DNA of 64,000 bases, taken from the sequence record PP047754; one strand, written 5' to 3'. The notes below the pieces were generated by a model. It searched no databases. It was not told the origin of the DNA and saw nothing but the letters and a program-made list of their open reading frames with translations. The DNA is from Escherichia phage KEP4. This document shows, in pieces, positions 17,917-27,465 of this stretch (positions are counted from its first letter, which is position 1; each line of letters begins with the position of its first letter). Both the position numbers and the translations under genes were made by a program.

Positions 17917-18780
17917 ATGACAACTACATTTAATAAAAACGTGAGATTGAATTTGGCTTTTGGTAATGCGGCTGGAGATATTACAGCCCCTGACTTCGGT
18001 AAAATTCGCAATCAGGCCAAACTGGTTCTGGAAGAGACCCGCGAATTACTGGAAGCGGCTTATTTCGATCATGACATCAAACTTGAGCTGGTGGCAACTC
18101 CAAAAGAAGACACCGATGATGTTGATATGGATAAAATCCTGAAAGCCATCATGGACGCTCAGGGTGATATCACAACTGTTAATGACGGCGTGGCCCATAT
18201 CGCTGGTTTTAATGGTGATGAATGTTTACAACGTGTGTTTGCCTCTAACATGAGCAAATTTATTCGCTCAGAAGATGAAGTCGGTCCGGCACTGGAATAT
18301 TATTATTCACGCGGTTTCCCAGATGGCCAGTTACGCGTTGAAGGTGAATTCCCTCAGGCATGCATCAAAGTGAATGAGACTGTGATGTGGAATGGAAAAG
18401 AATATCCGAAAGGAAAATTCCTGAAAAACATGGCTGTGTTCAAAGAGCCTGATTTCTCTGATATGCTGACGAATACCCCTTCCCGTCAGATCAATGACAT
18501 CGTTGCCAGCATGGCAATTGAAGAAGGTCAGGTATTTGTTGATGATCTGAACGGCGTGGCGTTGGTATCTCCAAAAACGTTGGAAGTAATTCTTTCTATG
18601 GCAGTTGAAAAATCTTCTCGACCCGTAGATGTTAACGGCCAAATTGAAAGTTATGTGCCAGCGTATATCATTAACGATACCAATATGCCTAAGCTGTGTG
18701 GGGTGTGGGGTGCTAATGTTCGTGTATACGCGTGCGCACCTGTTCAAAACACTGTGACACACCTCTCTCGCTTCGATTAA
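17917..18780 (+). CDS. hypothetical protein, 287 aa; N-terminal MazG/all-alpha NTP-pyrophosphatase-like motif (tentative)
   Basis: AKLVLEETRELLEA ... VDMDKILKAIMD resembles the EExxE ... ExxD signature; not verified by search. Confidence 0.3.
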   Translation: MTTTFNKNVRLNLAFGNAAGDITAPDFGKIRNQAKLVLEETRELLEAAYFDHDIKLELVATPKEDTDDVDMDKILKAIMDAQGDITTVNDGVAHIAGFNGDECLQRVFASNMSKFIRSEDEVGPALEYYYSRGFPDGQLRVEGEFPQACIKVNETVMWNGKEYPKGKFLKNMAVFKEPDFSDMLTNTPSRQINDIVASMAIEEGQVFVDDLNGVALVSPKTLEVILSMAVEKSSRPVDVNGQIESYVPAYIINDTNMPKLCGVWGANVRVYACAPVQNTVTHLSRFD

Positions 18781-18804
18781 TATAATCCGTTATTCACTAA
18801 ACAA

Positions 18805-18830
18805 CAGAGGCTATAATGGCCTCTGTTTTT
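18805..18830 (+). terminator. rho-independent terminator
   Basis: cagaggc-tataatg-gcctctg hairpin followed by TTTTT. Confidence 0.6.
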
Positions 18831-18849
18831 GTATTCTAGAGAGGATACC

Positions 18850-20076
18850 ATGAAAGATAAACCGTGTGACATTCCTTATTGCGGTGTTCGGGAAGCTAAA
18901 ATTAAATCTGCACATCCCATGTTAAGCCCATTCCATAAACAACTCGCATACGAATGGATGAGCGAGCGCTATAAGATCCACGTGAGAAAGGACGTCCAGC
19001 GTCTTCCTGCTCCTTGGACGGATAATCCCATACTACGGCAGGTCAAGTTCTGTAACGTCCGGAGAGAGCACGACAGGCAGTCTCTTAACCTGATCAATAA
19101 TATCGTCAAGAACGACGCTCTGAGCATGGCCGACAAAATGTTCAACTGTGTTCTGTTCCGCATGTTCAATCTCTGGGATCCGATCAAGGTGGCGCTCGAG
19201 GGCGCTATGACGATTTCAGACTTTGCTAAAATCAACCTGGACGAGACCCGCGCCCGTCTTCAGAAGTTTGAATCTGAAGGTGGTAAGATCTTCACCAACG
19301 CATTCAACACAGGCGGTCTAAAACAATGTCTGGCGTTCCCCGAACTTGTTGTCAACCACAAGGAGCAGCGCTTCGGTGGCATGATGGTTAAGGTACACCG
19401 TGTTGGCCAGGGTGTCGTGGATGAATTGGATTACAAGGTCGCCAAGAAGCTGGTTGAAGAGAATCCTGGGGAGTACACCATTGAGGGTTGGGAGCCGTAC
19501 ATGCCAATGCGTGTCATCCGCTCTTTGAAGGCATTCGTCAACAAGTACCCCGATTACTTCAATGATCTTTTACGTCTTGACTCTCCGCTGAAAGTTTACC
19601 AGCGCATGTATGATGACATTGAAGGGCTTGGGCCATTCCTGGCATATCAGATCTGGGTGGACTTCACATACATCCCTGAGTATCCATTCAGTGAGAATCA
19701 TTTCACTATTGCTGGTCCAGGTTGCCGTGCGGGTATTGACCTGATGTTCCTGGATAAGGACGGCATGACTCATGAAGAATGCATATTCTGGGTTCGTGAT
19801 CATCAGTATCAATTGTTTGCTCAGTATGGTTATGTCCAAGAGCAGTTCTGGTCAGCCGAAGCGCCGGAAGATCAGTGCATGAACGTCATGCAGCTGGAGA
19901 ACATGTTCTGTGAATTGAGCAAGTACACCCGCTGTGTTGAGGCTATCGAGAGAGGGGAAAAGCCACGCGGCAAGGTCGGTTATGATGGAGGCGGGAGATA
20001 CAAAAATCGATGCGATGAAATTGTCCTCAATCGCGGATCGGTCAATTTATTAGATCGTTTGAAGAAACCTGAATAA
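18850..20076 (+). CDS. hypothetical protein, 408 aa, with helix-hairpin-helix-like motif; candidate DNA base-modification enzyme
   Basis: GAGAGGA RBS; DIEGLGPFLAYQIWVDF fits an hxGhGxxxA HhH signature as in DNA-glycosylase-like folds; no P-loop. Confidence 0.3.
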   Translation: MKDKPCDIPYCGVREAKIKSAHPMLSPFHKQLAYEWMSERYKIHVRKDVQRLPAPWTDNPILRQVKFCNVRREHDRQSLNLINNIVKNDALSMADKMFNCVLFRMFNLWDPIKVALEGAMTISDFAKINLDETRARLQKFESEGGKIFTNAFNTGGLKQCLAFPELVVNHKEQRFGGMMVKVHRVGQGVVDELDYKVAKKLVEENPGEYTIEGWEPYMPMRVIRSLKAFVNKYPDYFNDLLRLDSPLKVYQRMYDDIEGLGPFLAYQIWVDFTYIPEYPFSENHFTIAGPGCRAGIDLMFLDKDGMTHEECIFWVRDHQYQLFAQYGYVQEQFWSAEAPEDQCMNVMQLENMFCELSKYTRCVEAIERGEKPRGKVGYDGGGRYKNRCDEIVLNRGSVNLLDRLKKPE

Positions 20077-20189
20077 AGAATCGCGTTACTTCGTTCTTCA
20101 ATAACTTTTTCAACGTATATATTGACCTCACTTTAACGACGCGCCCCGATAAGGGCGCTCACTTTGAACTGAAACAGGAAGACTATACC

Positions 20190-22205
20190 ATGGCAGAATT
20201 CAAACCCTTCGCAACGGCAGTTAATAACAACGTGCTGGCGATGTCCGCAACTGGTCTGTTCATGACCAATATCGATAAAGATGCTCTTTGGGATCTGTAT
20301 CTGGCATCTTTCCCTGCTGGTACCAACCCGCTCTACCGTGAGCGTACTGAGCACGACTGCACCTGCTGTAAACAATTCATCCGTAACATCGGCGGTGTGG
20401 TCACCATCGACTCCGACCTGAACGTAATTTCTATCTGGGACAACATTGATCTGGGTAATGAATATGACGTGGTGGCTGCGGCTCTTTCCGCGTATGTCAA
20501 ACAACACGCAATCGTCGATGTTTATTTTAACGATTCTGCCAAAGTCGGCCTGTCTCACAATCACGAAATGAAAGACGGCAATGTCCGCACCTACAACCAC
20601 TTCCACACCGACCTGCTGGGTAGCTATGTTCTGCGTCCGGACGCAATCGCTTCGAAAAAAGGTGAAATCCGCCAGGCTATTGAATTGTTTGAACGCGGTC
20701 TGCGTGAAATTACTCTGGAATCAGCTGAAATCGTTCTGGAACTGATTGACCAGAATTCTCTGTATCGCGGCGCAGAACACAAAGCAGCAGTGAAGGGATT
20801 TGTTGAAACCAAAAAGGCATATGAACAAATCCCCGAATCAGCCCGTTCTCTGTGGGCATGGCATACTGGATACCGTTCAAACAATCATGTTCCACACGGC
20901 ATCCGTAACACAGTTATCGGCACTCTGCTGACAGATATCAGCGAAGGCGTGGAACTGGAAAAGGCTGTTAAATCGTTTGAATCCAAAGTTGCTCCGGCGA
21001 ACTACAAACGTCCGACAGCGCTGGTTTCAAAATCCATGATCGAAAACGCTCAGAAAGAAGTTATTGCTCTGGGTTTGGAAGACTCACTGGCGCGTCGTTA
21101 TGCGGTTTATGATGATCTGACAATCAACAACGTTCTGTTCGCAGATCTGGCTGCTCAGAAAGCGATGGATCCGTTTGCTCAGCTGGCTGCCGAAGTGAAA
21201 ACTCCGACCAAGTCCCTGGAAAAAGTTGAAGAGATCAGCGTTGATGATTTCCTGAGCAATGTTCTGCCAAAAGCGCATTCAATGGAAGTGCTTGTAGAGA
21301 ATTCTCATACTAGCAACCTGATGTCCCTGGTTGCTCCGGCGAACCCAGATGCGCCTAACCTGTTCAAGTGGAACAACGGTTTCTCCTGGTCTTACAACGG
21401 TGAAGTGACCGATTCCATTAAAGAACGTGTAAAGGCTGCTGGCGGTAAAGTTGACGGGTATCTGCGCGTTTCCTTGGCGTGGCACAATAACGACGACCTC
21501 GATCTGCATATGTTCAACAACATGGAGCACGTTTACTTCCGCGATCGCCGCTCTATGACAGGTGCCCATCTGGATATCGATATGAACGGTATGGATGGTA
21601 TTGATCCAAACCGCGCTCCGGTGGAAAATATCATCTTTACAGATGAAAGCAAGCTGCGCGATGGTGAATACCGTTTCGAAATCCACAACTACAATCAACG
21701 TGAAAAAATCGACGAAGGGTTTGAAGTCGAAGTAGAATACAAAGGCGCAACGCATCGTTTCAGCCATCCTGGCCTGAAAGATCAGGGACGTATCACCGCA
21801 GTCATCTTGACTGTTAAAGACAAACAAGTTGTTGGCATTAAGTCCGAACTGGCTAATGTTGATAAGTCTAAAGAAGTTTGGGGTATCAAGACAGCGACCT
21901 TCCAGAAAGTACAGCTGGTCCTGAACTCACCAAACCATTGGGATGGCGAGCAGACAGGCAACAAGCACGTGTTCTTCATCCTGGAAGGTTGTGCTAATCC
22001 TGAAGGTACTCGTGGTTTCTACAACGAATATCTGAAGCCAGAACTGGATAAACATCGTAAGGTTTTTGAAATGTTGGGTAGTAAAATGAAAGTCCAGCCG
22101 AATGAAAACCAACTGTCCGGTCTGGGATTCTCGACGACGCAACGCAACCATGTGTTCGTCAAAGTGTCCGGCGCGTTTAACCGTACTGTAAAAGTCATTT
22201 TCTAA
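20190..22205 (+). CDS. hypothetical protein, 671 aa, highly-expressed-type codon usage
   Basis: Strong AGGAAG RBS and cassette-like upstream region; N-terminal Cys cluster HDCTCCKQF; no recognised catalytic motif. Confidence 0.5.
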   Translation: MAEFKPFATAVNNNVLAMSATGLFMTNIDKDALWDLYLASFPAGTNPLYRERTEHDCTCCKQFIRNIGGVVTIDSDLNVISIWDNIDLGNEYDVVAAALSAYVKQHAIVDVYFNDSAKVGLSHNHEMKDGNVRTYNHFHTDLLGSYVLRPDAIASKKGEIRQAIELFERGLREITLESAEIVLELIDQNSLYRGAEHKAAVKGFVETKKAYEQIPESARSLWAWHTGYRSNNHVPHGIRNTVIGTLLTDISEGVELEKAVKSFESKVAPANYKRPTALVSKSMIENAQKEVIALGLEDSLARRYAVYDDLTINNVLFADLAAQKAMDPFAQLAAEVKTPTKSLEKVEEISVDDFLSNVLPKAHSMEVLVENSHTSNLMSLVAPANPDAPNLFKWNNGFSWSYNGEVTDSIKERVKAAGGKVDGYLRVSLAWHNNDDLDLHMFNNMEHVYFRDRRSMTGAHLDIDMNGMDGIDPNRAPVENIIFTDESKLRDGEYRFEIHNYNQREKIDEGFEVEVEYKGATHRFSHPGLKDQGRITAVILTVKDKQVVGIKSELANVDKSKEVWGIKTATFQKVQLVLNSPNHWDGEQTGNKHVFFILEGCANPEGTRGFYNEYLKPELDKHRKVFEMLGSKMKVQPNENQLSGLGFSTTQRNHVFVKVSGAFNRTVKVIF

Positions 22206-22243
22206 TTGATTTTGACCACAAATTCGTAATAAGGAACAATGAA

Positions 22244-22615
22244 ATGTTTGATCAAGCAACCCGTTTAAAACTGCGTTTCAACTCTAACAAAGGTCTGCTA
22301 TCTGTTGAGCAGGTTTGGGATCTGAATCTGAACGCACTGAACGAGCTGGCGAAAGATCTGAGCCGTCAGGTGAAAGAAGCAGCCAGCGATGAAGAAGACT
22401 TCATCGGTGTGAAAAGCGCGGTCGATTCTCAGTTACAACTGCGGTTCGATATCGTGAAAGCGATCATCGGTGTTAAACTGAAAGAACGCGATGAAAGCGC
22501 GACCGCAGCAGAGCGTAAAGCGAACAACCAGGCGATCATGGAACTGATCCAGCGTAAGAAACAACAGGAACTGGAAGGTCTGTCTGTTGAAGAACTGGAA
22601 AAACTCCTGAAATAA
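22244..22615 (+). CDS. hypothetical charged/helical protein, 123 aa
   Basis: AAGGAAC RBS; followed by a strong terminator. Confidence 0.5.
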   Translation: MFDQATRLKLRFNSNKGLLSVEQVWDLNLNALNELAKDLSRQVKEAASDEEDFIGVKSAVDSQLQLRFDIVKAIIGVKLKERDESATAAERKANNQAIMELIQRKKQQELEGLSVEELEKLLK

Positions 22616-22636
22616 TCTGACGGCTCCGGCCTGAGA

Positions 22637-22663
22637 AACCCCGCCGTGTGCGGGGTTTCTTTT
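22637..22663 (+). terminator. rho-independent terminator
   Basis: aaccccgc-cgtgt-gcggggtt hairpin followed by TCTTTT. Confidence 0.6.
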
Positions 22664-22674
22664 GGACAAAAATC

Positions 22675-23085
22675 ATGAAATCTATTACGTGTGATTACTG
22701 CGGTCAACCTGCCCAATACGTCGGGTGTGATGTTGTATACCCCCACCGCCCCGACCTCCGCAATCTGAAGTTCTGGGTATGCTCGCCATGCGACGCTCGT
22801 GTGGGTTGCCATACCCATGGGGATGGTAGACAACCTCTGGGAAGGATGGCGAATGCCGCTCTCCGTGCTGCTAAGCAGGAAGCTCATAGATCGTTTGACC
22901 CTATCTGGAAAGGTGGGCAGAGGAGCAGGAGTGATGCTTACAGCTGGCTGGCTCATAATCTGGGGATCAAGAAGCGCGATTGCCATATCGGCTTGTTCGA
23001 TATCGATATGTGCCGTAAAGTAGTCGCTGTGTGTAATCAACTAAAGGCACAAGATAATGTCAAAGGAAATACAAGAAGCATTTGA
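22675..23085 (+). CDS. zinc-finger protein (phage DUF3268-like), 136 aa
   Basis: CDYCGQPA ... VYPHRPDL ... FWVCSPCDARVGCH Cys-rich pattern. Confidence 0.45.
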   Translation: MKSITCDYCGQPAQYVGCDVVYPHRPDLRNLKFWVCSPCDARVGCHTHGDGRQPLGRMANAALRAAKQEAHRSFDPIWKGGQRSRSDAYSWLAHNLGIKKRDCHIGLFDIDMCRKVVAVCNQLKAQDNVKGNTRSI

Positions 23086-23308
23086 AAATTTATCTCAGGT
23101 AATGACCGACTGTAACCGCCGGAATTATTGTGATGAAGCGTATACCAAATTGAAAACTACTGTTGAAACCGAGCTGGCAGGTCTTTCCGTTTTCAAAGAT
23201 ATTCAGACCGAAGCGCTATATCTGTCGGATGAAGATTTAAGGCGTTGCCCCCGCAAGATTTACCAATTACTGGATCGTTTGGTGAAAGTGGGGGTGAATA
23301 ATGGGTAA
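23057..23308 (+). CDS. hypothetical protein, 83 aa
   Basis: ORF overlapping its neighbours at both ends. Confidence 0.3.
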   Translation: MSKEIQEAFENLSQVMTDCNRRNYCDEAYTKLKTTVETELAGLSVFKDIQTEALYLSDEDLRRCPRKIYQLLDRLVKVGVNNG

Positions 23309-24026
23309 TCGTGAAGGGATTAAACTCACACCAGAACTTCTGAAGTCACATATTGCTGAAGTGATTTATGAAGACCGTGAAGTTGGTGGTCACCGCGTCA
23401 TTACATGCCATTTCAAGATGGACAATGGGTTCGTTGTGTGGGGTAAGAATAGTTCCACATCGGTAGACCCTGCCAACTTCGATGAAGAAATGGGCAAGCA
23501 GCTGGCCTATGAAAAGACCTTTTCTCAACTGTGGGAACTGGAAGCATATCGCGCGATGGTAGAAAAGCAGATCATCGATGTGTCTGCCGAAGATGCTAAG
23601 ATCAACATTGATGAATATGTGTCAGAAAGGGAAGCGATACATGAGATGGGTGGTTCTGAATTTCTTAAGGGTAAAGGACAATCCATCGTGTTTCGTCATC
23701 CCAAAGATCCAAGTCGGGGATTTCGCGTTGAATTTGTTCGCACCGATAATGAACGTTATAACGAACGACGCAATGGTGAGGCACGATCTTTGGTGGAAGC
23801 GTATCTTCGCTCGTTCATGACTTCTGAAGAACTAAATTCTGAACTTGTCTTGCGTTTGGCGAAAACGTGTAATGCTGCTTCAGGGGATTATCCGTGGTGT
23901 GACCTGTCAGAAGACAAACGCCAAGCAGCCTGTGATCGTGTTAAGAAATTCTTGTTAGATCCGAAAGCCCAACCTGGTGATTCCGTAGGGGCACTGTATA
24001 GAGCCATTGTGGTGTCCTACTTGTAA
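23301..24026 (+). CDS. hypothetical protein, 241 aa
   Basis: ORF with ATG start and GGTG RBS. Confidence 0.5.
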   Translation: MGNREGIKLTPELLKSHIAEVIYEDREVGGHRVITCHFKMDNGFVVWGKNSSTSVDPANFDEEMGKQLAYEKTFSQLWELEAYRAMVEKQIIDVSAEDAKINIDEYVSEREAIHEMGGSEFLKGKGQSIVFRHPKDPSRGFRVEFVRTDNERYNERRNGEARSLVEAYLRSFMTSEELNSELVLRLAKTCNAASGDYPWCDLSEDKRQAACDRVKKFLLDPKAQPGDSVGALYRAIVVSYL

Positions 24027-24293
24027 TTCTTCAAAAGTCTTTCAAAATCAATAACGTCCGGCAAAATGCTGGGCGTTTCAATTAATAAGCCAAGGTATAA
24101 TGGCCCAACTGAAAACGCGGGGGAATTTCTTTGTCCAAGCCATTCATTCGTTCCGGAGTTGATTCTCTAGACTCCCAATTTAAGCCGAGCGAAGTTTTAA
24201 TCCAACAAATTGAAACCAATCGTGAATTCATAGAACACATGTTGGCAAAGCCGGAAGGTGAAGCCGCTCAAACCACCAAAGAAGGTAATAACG

Positions 24294-26510
24294 ATGATTG
24301 AATCATTAACATTTAAAAATGCGGTAGCAACCGTCGCGCCGTCTAACCATGTAATCGTTGTGGATATCTCCGGTTCCATGTACCGTTCACTTCCTGAAGT
24401 TCGCAAGCATCTGAAGGAAAATCTCCCGTCTCTGGTTAAACCAGAAGATACCGTCAGCATTCTTTACTTTTCATCCCGTGGTGATTTCGGTACGGTATTC
24501 GCTGGCCGTCAGATCAATAGCGCGACCGATCTCAGTGAAATCAATAAACTGATTGACCGCTTCCTGCAACCGTCCGGTTGTACGGGATTTGTAGAACCTC
24601 TGAAGTTGGCTGCTGAAACCGCGTTGAGCCTGAACAAACCTGGTTATGTCAATAACCTGGCGTTCATGACCGACGGCTATGACAACTGCTGGCGCTCTAA
24701 TGAAATTCTGGCAGCAGCTGAAGTACTGCCCAAGGCGTTCGATAATATTACATTCATCGAATATGGCTGGTATTGTAACCGCGAACTTCTGGCTCTGATG
24801 TCCGAGCGTTCTGGCGCGACTCACGTGTTTGCCGAAGGTCAGACTGAATATCAGACCGAACTGGAAAACGTACTGAAATCATCTACGCCGAAAGTGGTTG
24901 TTGATGTTCCCCTGGTTTACACTCATGCCATCTACGTTGAAAACGGCGTGGCAACTGTGCTAGCCGTACAACCCGATGAAGAACACCCGATTGGCCACGT
25001 CAGCATCCCTGAAAGCGTTTCTCAGCTGTGGGTTGTAAACCCTAACATGATCGACCAGCTGGATAATCTGGCAGACACCCAGGCGGCATACGTGCTGGCA
25101 TTCTATGGCGTGTACACCATGGACGCCGATCTGGTCTGGGCCGCGCTGAAGAAGACGGGTGACGTCCGCTTCATCAAACAATACAGCAACTGTTTCACCA
25201 AGCAGGACTATTCCAACATCAAAGTCGATCTGACCCAGGCTATCGTGGATGAAACTCTACGCGGCGTAGATGGCATCGATTACAATATGGTTCCAGCTGA
25301 AGATGCAACGACCATTGTTGATGTCTTGACCTACCTGGCCGAAGCCGATGTCTCTGTTGTCACTAAGCATCCATTGTTCTCTTACAACAGCATCGGTCGC
25401 GGCACTGTGCAGAAAGTTGATGACACTGAAGACAAGCTGGCTGAACAAATCGCCGAAGCCAAAACCAAAGCAGAGCGTAAAGCGCTGGCTCTCAAACTGG
25501 CTGAGCACGAAGATTGGACACCGGAATTTACTCCGGTTGATGACAAAGGGATTGTCCCAATTAGCAATCTGGTCTACAATTCAGAGCGCCCTAACATCAG
25601 CATTCAGACCGTTCAGCATGGGACGGTTGTTGTGCCGGAGTTCGTACAGAAGAAATATGAACTCCCTGAAGAACTGGGAACCTGGCGTTATCGTAATTAC
25701 ACCATCGTCAAAGATGGAATCATCAACCTGAAGACGATGCCGATTACTGCCGAATCTCCGATTGTCCGAGCTAAGGTTGTCCAAGATTTGATCGCCATGG
25801 GCGTTAATGTATTTGGTGGACCGGAAATCTTCATCGTTAATTTAGAAAGCGTTCCGATGGTCAACCGCGCCATGACCAAGAACATCAGTGCTGCCGAATT
25901 CTTCGCTGACAACGTTCGTCGCGAAGCGCTGAAGGCAAAACAGAAAGTTCTGAAATTCTATCGTGATGAACTGGTTGGCAAAGGCAATGCAACTGGTCTG
26001 GCTTCTAAATATGGTAAAGAAGCCGCCGATTTCTTGTCGGCAAATGGCATTCGCGACTACGGGTTCTCGCCGAAAACTACTTCTGTGGAATCAACCGATG
26101 TCTACATGAGCCGTGAGCTGAATGTGAAAATCAAAGGTGCTTCGTCGCTGCCGAGCATTGCGTCAGTTATCAAAAAGCAAGCAGATGGTAAAAAACTGAA
26201 TGTCGCTGATCAGTTGATTGCCAATGCTTTGGCCGAATACGACGCTTTTGTTAAATCGCCAATGATCACCAGCGTACCTGAAGAGACTCAGAAAAAGCTG
26301 ATTGAAAGCTGGATCGGGGACGCAGCAAAAGCGGCCATTAACGAAGTCCGCGCCCTGAACAAAACTCTGTCTAAAGTAGTTTACGGCATCGTCGCTGGTC
26401 ATGGTTGGTTCACTGATTTGGATCTGGAAGAGTCTACGATGGATGTAGAAGTTGATGGGGTGAAATACACCGTCACTGCCGAACTGGCCGAAAAAGAAAT
26501 CAAAATCTAA
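24294..26510 (+). CDS. von Willebrand factor A (vWA) domain protein, 738 aa
   Basis: MIDAS motif VVDISGSM (DxSxS) near the N-terminus, then MTDGYDN; ORF-track start 24258 is a GTG, ATG 24294 chosen. Confidence 0.6.
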   Translation: MIESLTFKNAVATVAPSNHVIVVDISGSMYRSLPEVRKHLKENLPSLVKPEDTVSILYFSSRGDFGTVFAGRQINSATDLSEINKLIDRFLQPSGCTGFVEPLKLAAETALSLNKPGYVNNLAFMTDGYDNCWRSNEILAAAEVLPKAFDNITFIEYGWYCNRELLALMSERSGATHVFAEGQTEYQTELENVLKSSTPKVVVDVPLVYTHAIYVENGVATVLAVQPDEEHPIGHVSIPESVSQLWVVNPNMIDQLDNLADTQAAYVLAFYGVYTMDADLVWAALKKTGDVRFIKQYSNCFTKQDYSNIKVDLTQAIVDETLRGVDGIDYNMVPAEDATTIVDVLTYLAEADVSVVTKHPLFSYNSIGRGTVQKVDDTEDKLAEQIAEAKTKAERKALALKLAEHEDWTPEFTPVDDKGIVPISNLVYNSERPNISIQTVQHGTVVVPEFVQKKYELPEELGTWRYRNYTIVKDGIINLKTMPITAESPIVRAKVVQDLIAMGVNVFGGPEIFIVNLESVPMVNRAMTKNISAAEFFADNVRREALKAKQKVLKFYRDELVGKGNATGLASKYGKEAADFLSANGIRDYGFSPKTTSVESTDVYMSRELNVKIKGASSLPSIASVIKKQADGKKLNVADQLIANALAEYDAFVKSPMITSVPEETQKKLIESWIGDAAKAAINEVRALNKTLSKVVYGIVAGHGWFTDLDLEESTMDVEVDGVKYTVTAELAEKEIKI

Positions 26511-26518
26511 ATCTAATT

Positions 26519-26540
26519 GGCGGGGAAACCCGCCTTTACT
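26519..26540 (+). terminator. stem-loop after vWA gene
   Basis: ggcggg-gaaa-cccgcc hairpin followed by TTTACTTT. Confidence 0.45.
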
Positions 26541-26548
26541 TTCAGGAA

Positions 26549-26866
26549 ATGAATATGAGCAACAAACCGACTTATGTTGATGTCATGCGCGATTTGGCCC
26601 AATACGCATGTGACAACCTGAACATGGAAACTTGGCGCGACGGCGATCATAAAGAAAAGTTCGATAATATCGACGACAACATCGATGCGTTGGCTCCTCT
26701 TCGGGCCAAGAGCGATCTCGGCGGTGATGATCTTGACATGATTGAACTCATCATGGAAGTTGAAGAACAATATGATGTTGAAATCAGTGATGACTGGGTA
26801 GGCAAACATGGTGATGATCCCACGCTCGGCGAATTAGCTGAATTGGTAGTTGCCCTCAGCAAGTAA
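26549..26866 (+). CDS. acyl carrier protein-like protein with Ser-to-Asp at the attachment site, 105 aa
   Basis: DLGGDDLDMIELIMEVEEQYDVEISDD aligns with E. coli ACP [27 protein letters not shown]; the phosphopantetheinylated Ser is Asp; AGGA RBS. Confidence 0.55.
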   Translation: MNMSNKPTYVDVMRDLAQYACDNLNMETWRDGDHKEKFDNIDDNIDALAPLRAKSDLGGDDLDMIELIMEVEEQYDVEISDDWVGKHGDDPTLGELAELVVALSK

Positions 26867-26874
26867 ACCAAAAG

Positions 26875-26986
26875 AATCCCCAATATTTATTGGGGATTTT
26901 TACTTTTAGGGGTTTACTTCTTCTAAAGAATATCCTATTATTCAATAACTGGCTAACGTGGGGTTGGCTAGAAAAGGAGATACAAA
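26875..26986 (+). promoter_or_regulatory. early promoter + stem-loop cassette (PeSL-like), copy 2
   Basis: Hairpin aatcccc/ggggatt + TTTTT, TTTACT (26913-26918) - 17 bp - TATTAT (26936-26941), ttattcaataa box, AAAAGGAGA RBS. Confidence 0.5.
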
Positions 26987-27226
26987 ATGAAACTACCAGG
27001 TCATATTGAAGTTTATATGCGGTTATACAAAGAAGGTAACGCCGCTGCTAAAGAACTACACGAACTGATTTTGTCATACGGCGTTAAGTCTGTTACAGAA
27101 GTAAAGAACAACAAAATAGACGGCGAATATGTGTCAATCAATGGGCGTGGTCTGAAAACCAACCCAACATATTTTGTGGGTGTCCATTTAGACACAGGGA
27201 AAGAAGTCGTGGAGATCGTGGCATAA
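26987..27226 (+). CDS. hypothetical protein, 79 aa
   Basis: ORF after AAAAGGAGA RBS. Confidence 0.45.
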   Translation: MKLPGHIEVYMRLYKEGNAAAKELHELILSYGVKSVTEVKNNKIDGEYVSINGRGLKTNPTYFVGVHLDTGKEVVEIVA

Positions 27227-27465
27227 TGTCTAATAAGAAAGTTGAAACGACGGTAGAAATTGATCGTAATTGGGGATTACTCCGCGCTAAAGGTTTTCGT
27301 CGTGTTTATATGACCAAGGAAGTTTATGTTCAGCGTCGCGACGTTATTATCAGCAAGAAAGGTAAAGAGTGGGTTGCTGAAGAAGTTGACATTGAAACAG
27401 GTGTCGTGGGCAAAGTAAAAGCGAAGGCGGCTATTTTGTTTTCTCTTCTGAAGCATATCAATTAA
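27226..27465 (+). CDS. hypothetical protein, 79 aa
   Basis: ATG overlaps previous stop (TAATG). Confidence 0.45.
   Translation: MSNKKVETTVEIDRNWGLLRAKGFRRVYMTKEVYVQRRDVIISKKGKEWVAEEVDIETGVVGKVKAKAAILFSLLKHIN

Noticed and set aside
20190-22205. Possible ligase/nucleotidyltransferase assignment for the 671-aa protein based on KVDGYLR
   Set aside because: Spacing differs from the KxDGxR motif I, it lies about 400 residues into the protein with no other ligase motifs, and there is no P-loop; left as unknown.
22429-23040. 203-aa reverse-strand ORF spanning 22244-23085
   Set aside because: Crosses a forward terminator and two forward genes with good RBS/ATG; low-complexity Ser/Ala-rich translation typical of antisense artefacts.
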